Virus record (IMG/VR): IMGVR_UViG_3300034107_001363
Location: 1 to 64,000 of that record
Direction: 5' to 3' (one strand)
Length of the DNA: 64,000 nucleotides
DNA from: a virus
The notes under the pieces are model-generated. The model was not told the DNA's origin and did not search any database. It saw only the letters and a list, made by a program, of their open reading frames with translations. The position numbers and the translations under genes were made by a program. Shown piece after piece: positions 7,137 through 15,973 of the stretch (position 1 is its first letter; every line of letters begins with the position of its first letter).

Positions 7137-7337
7137 TTAGCTAGGCGTGTTAATGTGCTGTCGCCGTAATTCTTTTTCTACTTTGTCTAGCCAGTCATTC
7201 AAAGCGCCTTCGACCATGCGCGACACTGGAACCTTCCCAAGTTCAGCAAACGCTTTTGCTCTCAAGATTAGGCTTGGAGGCAACGTCAGCGCGATTTGCT
7301 GGCGATGGAATCGCTTGGGTATGGTTGGTCTTGTCAT
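7137..7337 (-). CDS. Ribbon-helix-helix DNA-binding protein
   Basis: IALTLP..L...KAFA.....VSRMVE.AL..WL pattern. Confidence 0.7.
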   Translation of the reverse strand: MTRPTIPKRFHRQQIALTLPPSLILRAKAFAELGKVPVSRMVEGALNDWLDKVEKELRRQHINTPS

Positions 7338-7567
7338 GGCTTTATCTGATTGCTTTGCTCTTTGACGATTAAACGGTCAATCATGTCGTCCCACAGTTCG
7401 CCTTCGAGGTTGCGGCGTTGTAGTGAGGTGAATTCAACGGCGTTGAGAGTCCGCATTTTTTCATAGCGAAGCCATCCTTTGGTTGCTTCGTGCTGGCCGA
7501 TTTGGTCGGAGGTGTCGAGGATGAGGTTGCGCAGCTGCTGCTGGGTCTTGTTTTGTTCCGGAGTCAT
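7334..7567 (-). CDS. Hypothetical protein
   Basis: 77 aa; ATGA coupling. Confidence 0.65.
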   Translation of the reverse strand: MTPEQNKTQQQLRNLILDTSDQIGQHEATKGWLRYEKMRTLNAVEFTSLQRRNLEGELWDDMIDRLIVKEQSNQIKP

Positions 7568-7911
7568 AGTGGTCGGCGTGCGGCAGGGAATTCGGTTTTC
7601 CCAAGTTCAATTCCAATTGAATTGACAGCAGGAATCCAATAATTGCTGCTCATTAGTTGGTCTCCTTCTTCAAGGACTTCGGACATGCTTAATGCGCGGT
7701 AGACCAGTTTGGACGGTGTTTCGCCGTCCATCCAAAAGGTGCTGGCGAGGGTGCAACGGACGATGGCTATTGCCTTGAGGATTTCGAATACGCCTCCAGG
7801 ATGTTGGTCGGACAGTCGCTCAGCTTCAATCTGAGCTTCCTCAAGGGTTGGGTGCTGGATTTTTGGTCCACGGTTTTCGTCGGTTCGGTAAATGTAGTAG
7901 TAGGGCTTCAT
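7564..7911 (-). CDS. Hypothetical phage protein (P...H.TLEEA..EAERL family)
   Basis: Recurrent small phage protein motif; ATGA coupling. Confidence 0.7.
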   Translation of the reverse strand: MKPYYYIYRTDENRGPKIQHPTLEEAQIEAERLSDQHPGGVFEILKAIAIVRCTLASTFWMDGETPSKLVYRALSMSEVLEEGDQLMSSNYWIPAVNSIGIELGKTEFPAARRPL

Positions 7912-8060
7912 GGGAATTTATCGGGATTTGCGGGCGGTGCCATTTCTTCGCAGCGGAGGCAAATGAAACACCGGACAACCCGGCCGTCGCACTCCATTTC
8001 TTCACCGCAGCACTCTGGGGGGTCGAGGTAATCCGGTGGGTTGTTTAAGTAGTCTTGCAT
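7908..8060 (-). CDS. Small Cys-rich protein (50 aa, not in the ORF track)
   Basis: MQDYLNNPPDYLDPPECCGEEMECDGRVVRCFICLRC...; overlaps both neighbours. Confidence 0.55.
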   Translation of the reverse strand: MQDYLNNPPDYLDPPECCGEEMECDGRVVRCFICLRCEEMAPPANPDKFP

Positions 8061-8422
8061 TACCAAGGGGCTGTGTCGGGGTTGAAAGCGGTGTTTTCGT
8101 CGAGACCGTCATGCGGATCAGGTCCAATTTCTTCGATGTTGCGAATGAGGCGTTGCTGGAAAGTTTCTGGTGCTGGTTTTTTGGCCCGTGGAGTGCCTCG
8201 TGGCTGCCTTGTGTTTGATTTCCTTCCTTTGCCCTTGGCCGATGCTTTGGATAGCTCCAGACGGGGTTCTAGGGCTAATGCCAGCTCGGCTGCACGATTG
8301 AACCCATCGATGTTGTCGCGGCACCATTGGACGTAGCCCGGATCTTTGAACAGCACCTTGGATAAGTGCATTCCTCGGTATTTGCCAAAGTTGAAGCAGC
8401 CGTCACCTTTGAAGGGTTTCAT
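8060..8422 (-). CDS. ExoX C-terminal-like (FGKYRG...DPGYVQW) domain protein
   Basis: FNFGKYRG..L......DPGYVQW motif. Confidence 0.65.
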   Translation of the reverse strand: MKPFKGDGCFNFGKYRGMHLSKVLFKDPGYVQWCRDNIDGFNRAAELALALEPRLELSKASAKGKGRKSNTRQPRGTPRAKKPAPETFQQRLIRNIEEIGPDPHDGLDENTAFNPDTAPW

Positions 8423-8434
8423 GATTTAGCTAGG

Positions 8435-8692
8435 CTAAGGACTTTTTCGAACTGAGTAGAAAGTGGCTCGATCAGCTGGTCCTCCGCGTGGAGGCACTTT
8501 AGATGGCCTCACTAGCTTTTTGTTGGCTAGGGCCCGTAGCTCGCGGCGGATGGTTGCGTCGGACACTCCGCTCAAGGCAACTAGTGTGGCTACGTCTTTT
8601 GGTCCTGATTCACGGAGAAGCTTGAGGATAACGAACTGGCTGAGCTTGAGTCCTCGGGCAACGGCATCCTTGAGTTCAGCAGGTAGGGTCAT
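8435..8692 (-). CDS. Winged-HTH protein
   Basis: SQFVILKLL...GVSDATIRRELRALANKKLV. Confidence 0.75.
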   Translation of the reverse strand: MTLPAELKDAVARGLKLSQFVILKLLRESGPKDVATLVALSGVSDATIRRELRALANKKLVRPSKVPPRGGPADRATFYSVRKSP

Positions 8693-8934
8693 GGGTCTAG
8701 TTCGCGCTGGCACTTGTTGTCGTGGTCAGCTTTGTCAGCTTCGTCAAGAAATCGGTGTTCAAGGCAGACCGAACAGTAACCGTTTGACCAGCCTTCTTGT
8801 TTTAGACCGAATTCCCTCAAAGCTTCAATTAGCTTGTCGTCTGGTTCGTCTAGAAGTTCGCGTGAAGCCACTTTGAATTCACATTCCACTCCGCAATTCC
8901 GGCAGGTTTCCCCGAAGGTGATAGCGATGTTCAT
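8689..8934 (-). CDS. Hypothetical Zn-binding protein
   Basis: CRNC...GW...YCSVC. Confidence 0.6.
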   Translation of the reverse strand: MNIAITFGETCRNCGVECEFKVASRELLDEPDDKLIEALREFGLKQEGWSNGYCSVCLEHRFLDEADKADHDNKCQRELDP

Positions 8935-9224
8935 TGGACAATTCCGTTGATGAAAGCGTGGGCTTTCGGGGTGAGCTGGTAGGTTGGAAACGATCCTCCT
9001 GTGGCTTGCTCTAGCATGTGTTTCATTCGCAGATGGCAAAGCACGCCGCGCACATGGTCGCTGTCGAGCAAGGTCTTGGCTTGCACTTTGCGCGCGCTGT
9101 TGGCGCCGGTCAGGTGCATGACCAGCAAGATGCGTGCTTGTTTGATTCCAAGGCCGTGTTCGGAAAGGCAGTCGACGACGTGGAGGGCCGACAAAGCGTT
9201 AATGCAAGGACGTGTAGCGGTCAC
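8931..9224 (-). CDS. MarR-like winged-HTH protein
   Basis: GIKQARILL...VRGVLCHL...YQLTPKA. Confidence 0.65.
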   Translation of the reverse strand: MTATRPCINALSALHVVDCLSEHGLGIKQARILLVMHLTGANSARKVQAKTLLDSDHVRGVLCHLRMKHMLEQATGGSFPTYQLTPKAHAFINGIVQ

Positions 9225-9406
9225 AAATTGATTCCTCTGGGGTAGGTGTCCTTGATTTCAGCGGCAATTTTTTCCATCTGCTCGACGAATCGGTCAAAGC
9301 CTCCAATTGAGTCGGCAATTTGAATTCGCACTTCTTTTCCAAAATAGAGGTGGATGCTGTAGTGGTTTTCGCCACAGGACTTTTCAACAGAAAAGTATGC
9401 TTTCAT
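9221..9406 (-). CDS. Hypothetical protein
   Basis: ATG at 9406, downstream of a leader hairpin. Confidence 0.55.
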   Translation of the reverse strand: MKAYFSVEKSCGENHYSIHLYFGKEVRIQIADSIGGFDRFVEQMEKIAAEIKDTYPRGINL

Positions 9407-9420
9407 GGTCGTGGTAATAA

Positions 9421-9469
9421 TAAAGAAGGCACCCCGGGAACCTTGGGCAGATTCTCGACGGGGTGCCTT
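9421..9469 (-). terminator. Terminator/attenuator-like hairpin
   Basis: AAGGCACCCCG...CGGGGTGCCTT followed by CTTT on the minus strand. Confidence 0.5.
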
Positions 9470-9550
9470 ATTTCTTGGCTGGTTGCGCGCTTTGTTAAAT
9501 TGCCCCTTGTCTCCGGGGTCTTCGAGGTTCACCTGTAAGCAGGTGATTCG

Positions 9551-9578
9551 AAATTAACACAAAACGCAAGAATGGCAA
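9551..9578 (-). promoter_or_regulatory. sigma70-like promoter
   Basis: TTGCCA-N16-TAATTT; the TTAGC palindrome sits just upstream (9585-9597). Confidence 0.5.
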
Positions 9579-9651
9579 GGATTGTTAGCTTGGCTAAACA
9601 AGAGGGCCGCTATAGGTAGTGGCTCTTAGGGTTTCGAAGCACAATCCACTG

Positions 9652-10068
9652 TCATTGATTTGCAGGAATTGAACATTCTTGGTCCGGCTCATAGTCTTTT
9701 ATCTCTTCAGCTCTGTTCCGGCCATCCTGATTGATTCCGTTGGCGTCCCACAGTGATTCATCGTCATGCAGCATTTGCAGGCTGGCCCAGAAATCCCACG
9801 GGGCGTTTGCCACTTCAGGTTGCAACACTTCGCACAATTCGAAGCCGAGTTTTTCGGCAAATTCGTCTGGTTGCTGGTTGTTGAGTCCTTGTGCTAGTTC
9901 GTCCATTTTTTGGAGGCGGCTGATTGTCTCTTCGTCATTGCGGCAAAACATTCCAACGGCACAACGGGTATTGTTCTCTCCAAGGTAGCGGCAGGAATGG
10001 ACAACCATTGACCGGTTTCCAAGATGGAAGTGACCGGTAACCTTGTCGATGATTTGGTGCAGGGTCAT
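9652..10068 (-). CDS. Hypothetical phage protein (C.Y.....RCAVG...LQ.LHD family)
   Basis: 138-aa ORF with a recurrent phage motif. Confidence 0.7.
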   Translation of the reverse strand: MTLHQIIDKVTGHFHLGNRSMVVHSCRYLGENNTRCAVGMFCRNDEETISRLQKMDELAQGLNNQQPDEFAEKLGFELCEVLQPEVANAPWDFWASLQMLHDDESLWDANGINQDGRNRAEEIKDYEPDQECSIPANQ

Positions 10069-10072
10069 AGCT

Positions 10073-10540
10073 TTATGCTTCGATAGCTGGAGTGTAGCCC
10101 ATTACTTTTTCAAGCAGCTGATCAAGGGCTGGAGCCACCTCGGAGTTGTCGAGAAGAGGGTTTGGTGCTGCGAGCCCTTGCTTGATTTTTTGCTTGGTCG
10201 CTTCTTCATCAAAGCGCGACGGATGGAGCCGGCTGATCTGTTTTTTGAGCTTCATAATCAAAGGAGTTGAAAGATCGATGACGCATTTCAGTGGTTGGTC
10301 TTCGTTGAAGTAGCGCACGCTCGTGTCGATTTCGAAGTCGATGGGTTTAATTCCTTTTAGCAGCTTGATGGCTTCTAAACGGAGCTGTTCTTGAACCTCC
10401 AGCGACTGCTTTTCGACGCGTTCTCCTTCTTTGGCGTGGGCAATCTTGGCCCGCTTAAGCAACGCTTCGGCAATTTGGGTCTTGGTTGGCTTTGGCTGGG
10501 CTTTTGAGACTTTGCCCGGGATGATGATGTTGGTGTTCAT
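10073..10540 (-). CDS. Hypothetical protein
   Basis: 155 aa; coupled. Confidence 0.7.
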   Translation of the reverse strand: MNTNIIIPGKVSKAQPKPTKTQIAEALLKRAKIAHAKEGERVEKQSLEVQEQLRLEAIKLLKGIKPIDFEIDTSVRYFNEDQPLKCVIDLSTPLIMKLKKQISRLHPSRFDEEATKQKIKQGLAAPNPLLDNSEVAPALDQLLEKVMGYTPAIEA

Positions 10541-10731
10541 TTGTCGTTGAGGATGGACCTGCCGGACATCAGCAGGATTTGGAGGTATGGAGTGGCAAGC
10601 CGGTCATCTGCAAACATTGCTCCTATTAGGAAAGATTGCTCGGTGATTGCGGCTTGCTTGGAGCCTTCCTTGATTGCGCTGTTTTTGAGTAGCTGGCGAA
10701 GACGGTCCTTGAGGTCTTGTTCAGTTTTCAT
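10537..10731 (-). CDS. Hypothetical protein
   Basis: 64 aa; ATGA coupling. Confidence 0.6.
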   Translation of the reverse strand: MKTEQDLKDRLRQLLKNSAIKEGSKQAAITEQSFLIGAMFADDRLATPYLQILLMSGRSILNDK

Positions 10732-10912
10732 GCGGGTCGTTTGGTGATGAATATCGCTTCCGGCTCGTAGTCGAGTGGGCTGCGAGTTAGCTTTTTGGCT
10801 TGGTTGATTGCTTTCTTGATTGTCTCAGCGGCGATTACAATTATGCAGTCGTCGACTTCCAGCGTGATGGCCCAGAGCGAGACGCGTTCTTGAGCTAGAT
10901 ACAGAGGGCCTT

Positions 10913-12079
10913 TCACAGCGCAAACTTCAGCCTCCGTTTGGCCTGACCAATTAGCTCGTTGATCAGGTGCTGTTGGAAAGCTAGCGAGTAGTCGTCGTAG
11001 CCGTTGGAGTGGCACTGCTCTTCGAACAGGGTGGCGACCATTTCAAAGCAGCCCTTGTCGAATGCCTTCTGGCTGAGGAGAATGTCGCCGTCATGGTAGT
11101 AAGCGATTACGTTCTGGTTGTCGCAGTGGACTTTTTTGATGCGGGCATTGACCGGGTAGCCAGCTAGTGCAAGGAATTCCTTGGCACGCTCGACCATAGC
11201 TTCCTCGTCGTTGACCATCTCGAGCTGCGCAAACCCGGCGGTGGGGTTCTTGCGCTTGTAAATCAACGCGATGGCAGGATTGAGGTCAGTCGGACGGGTT
11301 GCCCACAGGCGACTGACGACATCGGTCATTTCATCCGACCATGGGTTGTCGTAGTCGAGGTTTTGCTCAAAGCCTTTGGCCGTTACGAAATACTCGAGAA
11401 GCTTGGCGTCTTTGACATGACCGCAAACCGAATCGCCGATGCGGTAGCGCAAGGTGTATTCATTGGCGATGGTCCGGTCTTCGGTCAGCTCCATTTCGCA
11501 CAACAGCTCGTAGTCGTAATGGGCGCCTTCCAGCTCCTTTACCTTGACCCCGCGATAGAACACCTTGCCGTTCCCTTGATAGATCCGAAGGTTGCGCGAT
11601 TCGTGGATAGGTTCGCGGTCACCGATGAACAGTTGGTCGTGATTGGAGTGGGCCTTGAGGATGTCAGGACCGGTGACGACGATTGAAGTGCCGTCTTCCA
11701 TTGCTTCGCCTGTGAACCAGATGCCGCCTTCGTCTATGGTGTTGGACACCAGCTCACGGTAGGCGCCAGCAACCTGCCACTTCTTGCCGTATTCAGTGGT
11801 GAATGGCAGTTCCCTGCCGTTGCAGGTGACTTGCTGGAAGTCCTTGCCTCGGAAGCTGATGTCGGCAAGGCCAAAGGACCAATGCTTGCCGTTGCTGTGG
11901 ATGTCGACCTGATGGCCTTCACGCAGCAGCACGGCGATGGCATACTTGAGGCCGGTGCCAAACAGCCCGATTGGGTTGCCGGTTTCTTTTGCCGAGATTC
12001 CCATCAGTTCCCATGATTTGGGATCGATCGGGCCATTGGAGTGAAATACGACGGAGGTTGGTTTGGTTATCGTGTTCAT
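10913..12079 (-). CDS. GHKL/HATPase-like ATPase (permuted motif order) with a C-terminal zincin-like motif
   Basis: G.S.K...IGLFGTGLKYA, then RELVSNTIDEGG and GTSIVV; C-terminal EEQCH. Confidence 0.7.
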   Translation of the reverse strand: MNTITKPTSVVFHSNGPIDPKSWELMGISAKETGNPIGLFGTGLKYAIAVLLREGHQVDIHSNGKHWSFGLADISFRGKDFQQVTCNGRELPFTTEYGKKWQVAGAYRELVSNTIDEGGIWFTGEAMEDGTSIVVTGPDILKAHSNHDQLFIGDREPIHESRNLRIYQGNGKVFYRGVKVKELEGAHYDYELLCEMELTEDRTIANEYTLRYRIGDSVCGHVKDAKLLEYFVTAKGFEQNLDYDNPWSDEMTDVVSRLWATRPTDLNPAIALIYKRKNPTAGFAQLEMVNDEEAMVERAKEFLALAGYPVNARIKKVHCDNQNVIAYYHDGDILLSQKAFDKGCFEMVATLFEEQCHSNGYDDYSLAFQQHLINELIGQAKRRLKFAL

Positions 12080-12444
12080 GTCGGTGAATTATCCAGCCCG
12101 CAGGGCTTAGGTTGAATTTTGGAAACAAAATCAAAGACGATTTCAGCTAGCTCATAAGCGCCGATTGGCTTTTCCCATGCTTTGAGGATGGTTTTTATGA
12201 GCGCGTCTTTATTGAGGTGTAATCCTGCTAATTGGGTAGCTGGAAGTGGTAAGTCTTCTAGGGTTGAAATGAATGTCATGGCTCGGCAGCTTCCTCCTAC
12301 GGAAGTGTGGAGCCATAGCCCATCTTTACGCGTGCGATCCCAGCATCCGCCTTCTTTGAGGTAAGGAGAGTTTACGGTTCCGATTGGGACGTAGCGTTTT
12401 CCAATTTTTCGGTAAATTGGTTCTCGTGGATCTTTGATTTGCAT
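12076..12444 (-). CDS. Hypothetical phage protein (YRKIGKRYVP family)
   Basis: 122 aa; recurrent phage motif. Confidence 0.7.
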   Translation of the reverse strand: MQIKDPREPIYRKIGKRYVPIGTVNSPYLKEGGCWDRTRKDGLWLHTSVGGSCRAMTFISTLEDLPLPATQLAGLHLNKDALIKTILKAWEKPIGAYELAEIVFDFVSKIQPKPCGLDNSPT

Positions 12445-12624
12445 TTTGTGAGGCAGTGTAAAATTTAAATGACTATGAAGATGAGTGCGATTCGGAATAC
12501 CATTTTAGCTGTGACTAAAGGAAAGCTTGCACCCCGGTCCCAAAGGACGGAGCATCGGGGCGCGTTGGTGTGCCGGATTTCGCTCCAGAGTCCGGGAGGC
12601 GGTTCATAGCCTCTTCTTTCTTGG

Positions 12625-13166
12625 TTCCTTGCTACGGGAAATTAAATCAGGATAGAAAGCACTTTTGGCATCCGGTGGACGCCTTTGTTGTGGTTTTCAC
12701 GGCGTGTTGCCTTTGCTTGCCGATGCTCTTCCAGCATGTGCTGGTGACGAGCGTGTGGCATCATACATTTCAGCCTATCCCGCTCAAAGGTAGGGGTGTA
12801 GGTGTAGCTGAATTTGACTTCCGTGTTTGGGTGGGTGGTGGTGTATGGTTTCATTTGGCTTGGTTGCGTTGGTCGAGGAGCTTATCGATAAGGACTAGCA
12901 TTGCCCGTTTGGTTTTTTCGGTTTTGGTTGACCGCAATTTGCGGTAGGCGTCGAGCAGTTGTTGGTCGAGCAGGTTCACTTAAAAAAGAGGTGGAGTAGG
13001 AGGAGAATGACAATCAAGAAGATCAGTTTGATCATGGACGGGGAAATTAACAACGTCTTCCTTTGCGGGAAAAGGCGTAACGTGTCAGGTTGGTGGTCGG
13101 AAGCGGCCTCACGCTTCTGCTTGTGTTTTGTTACAGGTCCGGTTGATTCCTTGCTACGGGAAATTA
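12625..13166. repeat. 20-bp direct repeat TTCCTTGCTACGGGAAATTA
   Basis: Identical at 12625-12644 and 13147-13166; each copy includes a TAA stop on the minus strand. Confidence 0.85.
12642..12854 (-). CDS. Hypothetical protein
   Basis: 70-aa ORF. Confidence 0.5.
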   Translation of the reverse strand: MKPYTTTHPNTEVKFSYTYTPTFERDRLKCMMPHARHQHMLEEHRQAKATRRENHNKGVHRMPKVLSILI

Positions 13167-13448
13167 TGGAAGCGGAGGGATTTCGATTTCGTGACAGGCG
13201 ATGCGGTCGATTCCGCGGTTAAAATCGGCAGCCATTCGCCTTGGCCAAGTCGAAAAGCACTCGTTCGGATACTCGTTGATCCAAACTTTGCGCGGCTTCG
13301 GGGCGATTCGATAGTCGTCCTTTGGTCCTTGAAATGTCATATCGCCCGTTGTTATCCACTCGTTTTCAAAGCTGAGAGTTTGCACATTCTTGCCCTCCGC
13401 AAAAGCTGTGATGATCGGCAGTAGTTCTTTGGCGTGTTCTCGTGTCAT
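13164..13448 (-). CDS. Hypothetical phage protein (LLPIITAFAEGK.VQ...YRI.P family)
   Basis: Recurrent phage motif. Confidence 0.75.
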   Translation of the reverse strand: MTREHAKELLPIITAFAEGKNVQTLSFENEWITTGDMTFQGPKDDYRIAPKPRKVWINEYPNECFSTWPRRMAADFNRGIDRIACHEIEIPPLP

Positions 13449-13479
13449 GTTGTCCTGCGGTTTTGTAAATTAGAAATGC

Positions 13480-13818
13480 TTAATCCCGCCACAAAGCCAG
13501 TGTTCGGAGAAAGGCTTCGGCTCGTTGAGCTGCGGGAGCAAAAGCAACAAATACATTTTTTTTGTTGCTTTTCTTTAGGGCGCTCACGATGGCCCCCCCA
13601 TATCTAACGAGGTCGGCCAACGACAACACCTTCTCCGCTTCGTGCATGGCGTTGAGGTCGTTGAGGTAGTCGGGGACATAGCGCACATTCCGGCTTACGT
13701 AGTTTACATCCGGTGGGTAGCCCCTGACATCGTCGCAAAGACCTTCCTGCTGGCATATGGTTACCCACCTCCACCCGCAAGCCTCGGCGATGGCGATTCT
13801 TTGTGCTTCTGGTTTCAT
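13480..13818 (-). CDS. Phage protein, ABA-sandwich-like (IAEACGW...PDYLNDLNAM)
   Basis: Characteristic motif. Confidence 0.75.
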   Translation of the reverse strand: MKPEAQRIAIAEACGWRWVTICQQEGLCDDVRGYPPDVNYVSRNVRYVPDYLNDLNAMHEAEKVLSLADLVRYGGAIVSALKKSNKKNVFVAFAPAAQRAEAFLRTLALWRD

Positions 13819-13984
13819 GGTTTCCAGAGGTTGGCCACAAACCGCGAGAACGGCGAGGGGTGATACGGATGCGGCGCCTTCCGCGCCAACCACCGCGCCA
13901 GCTCCTCCTCCGCGAGTTTGCGGCCAGCCTTAGACTTTGCGCTGGCCACGTTGGCATGGAGCGCTTCGGTGATGGGGTTGGCGT

Positions 13985-14185
13985 TCATGGTTGGTTTCCT
14001 TTCACGGTGGCGATTGCCTTATCTAGCGGACTGGGACGGGTGTGTTTGCCAAACTCCGATACCGCCCATTCGCAAGCGGCGAGAAGCTCGTCGCGCTGGC
14101 GCTCAAGCCGTTTCGATGTTTCGTAGACCCGGACGATGCTCTCGTTGGCTGCCGCGTCTGTCTCCGGTGTCGGTCGGTCACTCAT
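13985..14185 (-). CDS. Hypothetical phage protein (TPETDA...LERQRDELL)
   Basis: Recurrent phage motif. Confidence 0.7.
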   Translation of the reverse strand: MSDRPTPETDAAANESIVRVYETSKRLERQRDELLAACEWAVSEFGKHTRPSPLDKAIATVKGNQP

Positions 14186-14499
14186 GCGCCCTCCTTTCTT
14201 GCCACGAGCATGGCGTCGGCAACAATGTAAGCTGCCTTGGCAACATTGCGCGCTTGGTCTCCTTCATCTATGCCGTCGTCCATCGTTAATGGCTGGCTAT
14301 GGGGTGGCATTTCGTCATCTAGCAACGAATCAACGCCTTTCATGCGCTCCCACTCAATACACCCCTGCAAAGCCGCCGCTGCGAAGTAGTCACGAAGGTT
14401 CATTCCGTTAGGGTCTCCGTTTTCTTCGCAATCCCAGAATTCGCGTTGGCCAACTGGCACAGGGAACGCTGGCCCGCCGTCGTTTTGTGGTTTGTTCAT
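14182..14499 (-). CDS. Conserved phage protein (GGPAFP...GM.LRDYFAA.A)
   Basis: Characteristic motif, ending AY..ADAML. Confidence 0.85.
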   Translation of the reverse strand: MNKPQNDGGPAFPVPVGQREFWDCEENGDPNGMNLRDYFAAAALQGCIEWERMKGVDSLLDDEMPPHSQPLTMDDGIDEGDQARNVAKAAYIVADAMLVARKEGA

Positions 14500-14675
14500 G
14501 ATTTTGAGTGTCAGAAGGGGTCTGTGGCTGAGGTTTGGGGATCTTTTGCAACCGATGCCCAAACATCAAGCCGAAGGCTTCAGTGAAGCCGTAGGGACCG
14601 GCACCAGTAGCATGGCCCGGAGTGGTTTTGCCATTGGTAGCAGTGCGGGCAGTAATAGTTTTTCATGGTTTTGGA

Positions 14676-14828
14676 TCAACCAACAAGATGACGGTCGTTT
14701 TTCCATTCTCGTAGCACCAACCAAAGTAGGCCGGCCAAAGTGGCTGCGTCATACATCCAGCAGGAATGCAGCAAGACCCAGCGGGCGTCTTCAGAGAACA
14801 CTCCTGCTTTTTCTTTGAACAATTTCAT
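14676..14828 (-). CDS. Small hypothetical protein
   Basis: ATG at 14828, 4 nt after a palindrome copy. Confidence 0.5.
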   Translation of the reverse strand: MKLFKEKAGVFSEDARWVLLHSCWMYDAATLAGLLWLVLREWKNDRHLVG

Positions 14829-14942
14829 GGTTTTAGTTTGGCTAATGAAAAAAGGTGTTGCCAAGTGGGCAGAAAGAAAGCATTTTGCTGTCGTCACTGC
14901 TGGCACGGATCGACAAGACTTTCTCACCGGCCGAGAAGCCAT

Positions 14943-14981
14943 AAAAGCCCCGGACCCTGTGCCAGCAGGACCGGGGTTTTT
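14943..14981 (-). terminator. Rho-independent terminator (possibly bidirectional)
   Basis: AAAAGCCCCGG...CCGGGGTTTTT. Confidence 0.65.
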
Positions 14982-15254
14982 CATTTTCCCCGACATCGAC
15001 CCTCGTGGTCTTCGGAGGCAAAGGGGGAAACCTCATGCTGGAAATCATCGTTTGTTCAACGACCGTGGTGGAAACAACACTCAGGACGCTGAAAGGGGCA
15101 GAAGGACGATGAGGCGGGCAACCCGGAAGGGACCAGTTTCGCTACTCAGTGACTCAGCTTTGCACCTGCCAGAGGTACGCGCGCGCGTGTATGGTACACG
15201 GAGTTCCGACCGGATGTTTCAATCCTCGAACAACTGAAGGGGCAGCTGGAGGAA

Positions 15255-15479
15255 CTAGGCACCTAGGCTACGGAACAACAAGGCATCGGTTTCCAGATCC
15301 ATTAGAGTGTTACGAGGCATGATTGAGACCAGTAGGTCATCTGACTTACCCCACACTTCCATTACTGACTTGAGGTAGGCTTGAAGGTCGGACCCGTTGG
15401 CCATGTAGAGAATTCCCTTGTTGTTGAGGACGAGGGTTATTGGCACTGGCTCCCCTAGCTTGCGTTTTGAGGCGGTCAC
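15255..15479 (-). CDS. Hypothetical protein
   Basis: 74 aa; coupled. Confidence 0.55.
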   Translation of the reverse strand: MTASKRKLGEPVPITLVLNNKGILYMANGSDLQAYLKSVMEVWGKSDDLLVSIMPRNTLMDLETDALLFRSLGA

Positions 15480-15829
15480 GGGACAAGGGGCTTAAGTAGC
15501 TCGATGCTGCGGGCTTCAATGAGTTTCAAGATTCCGCTGGCTTGCTTTTGCCATTTTGCCGTTTGTTCCAAATAATTCCATGAATGGCTGCTTTCCATTG
15601 AGAAAATTGCTTCGCTGAAGTCGTGACCTAGTTCGGCTAGCTCGTTGTCTAATGGCTCGCCACTTCCCTTTCGGGGAATGGCTGCACACAGGTTTCCGCA
15701 GGCACAGGTTACCCATTCCCCTGCGAGATCACTGGCGTTTATCAGCTGGTCGGCGGTGAATTCTTTTTGGGATAGAAATGCATTCCAGTCGAATGGTGGC
15801 TTACCATTTAGTTGGGTGAAGGTTTCCAT
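15476..15829 (-). CDS. Hypothetical phage protein (WVTCACG motif)
   Basis: 117 aa. Confidence 0.7.
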   Translation of the reverse strand: METFTQLNGKPPFDWNAFLSQKEFTADQLINASDLAGEWVTCACGNLCAAIPRKGSGEPLDNELAELGHDFSEAIFSMESSHSWNYLEQTAKWQKQASGILKLIEARSIELLKPLVP

Positions 15830-15924
15830 GCTGTTTGGATTGAACGTCTGAAAGTCTGGGTGTCACTGAACAACGGCCGGGGCGCGGGAGCTTGGTGTGC
15901 GGTGCCGGTGGGATTGATCGTAGC

Positions 15925-15965
15925 AAAAAAAGGGAAGGGGGCGAGGCCGTGAAGCCCTGCCCCCG
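15925..15965 (-). terminator. Rho-independent terminator
   Basis: GGGGGCAGGGC-loop-GCCTCGCCCCC followed by a T tract, after the stop at 15974. Confidence 0.7.
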
Positions 15966-15973
15966 TGGGTGGA

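Noticed and set aside
13846-13880. Further attC half-site (GAGAACGGCGAGGGGTGATACGG)
   Set aside because: No complementary arm found nearby
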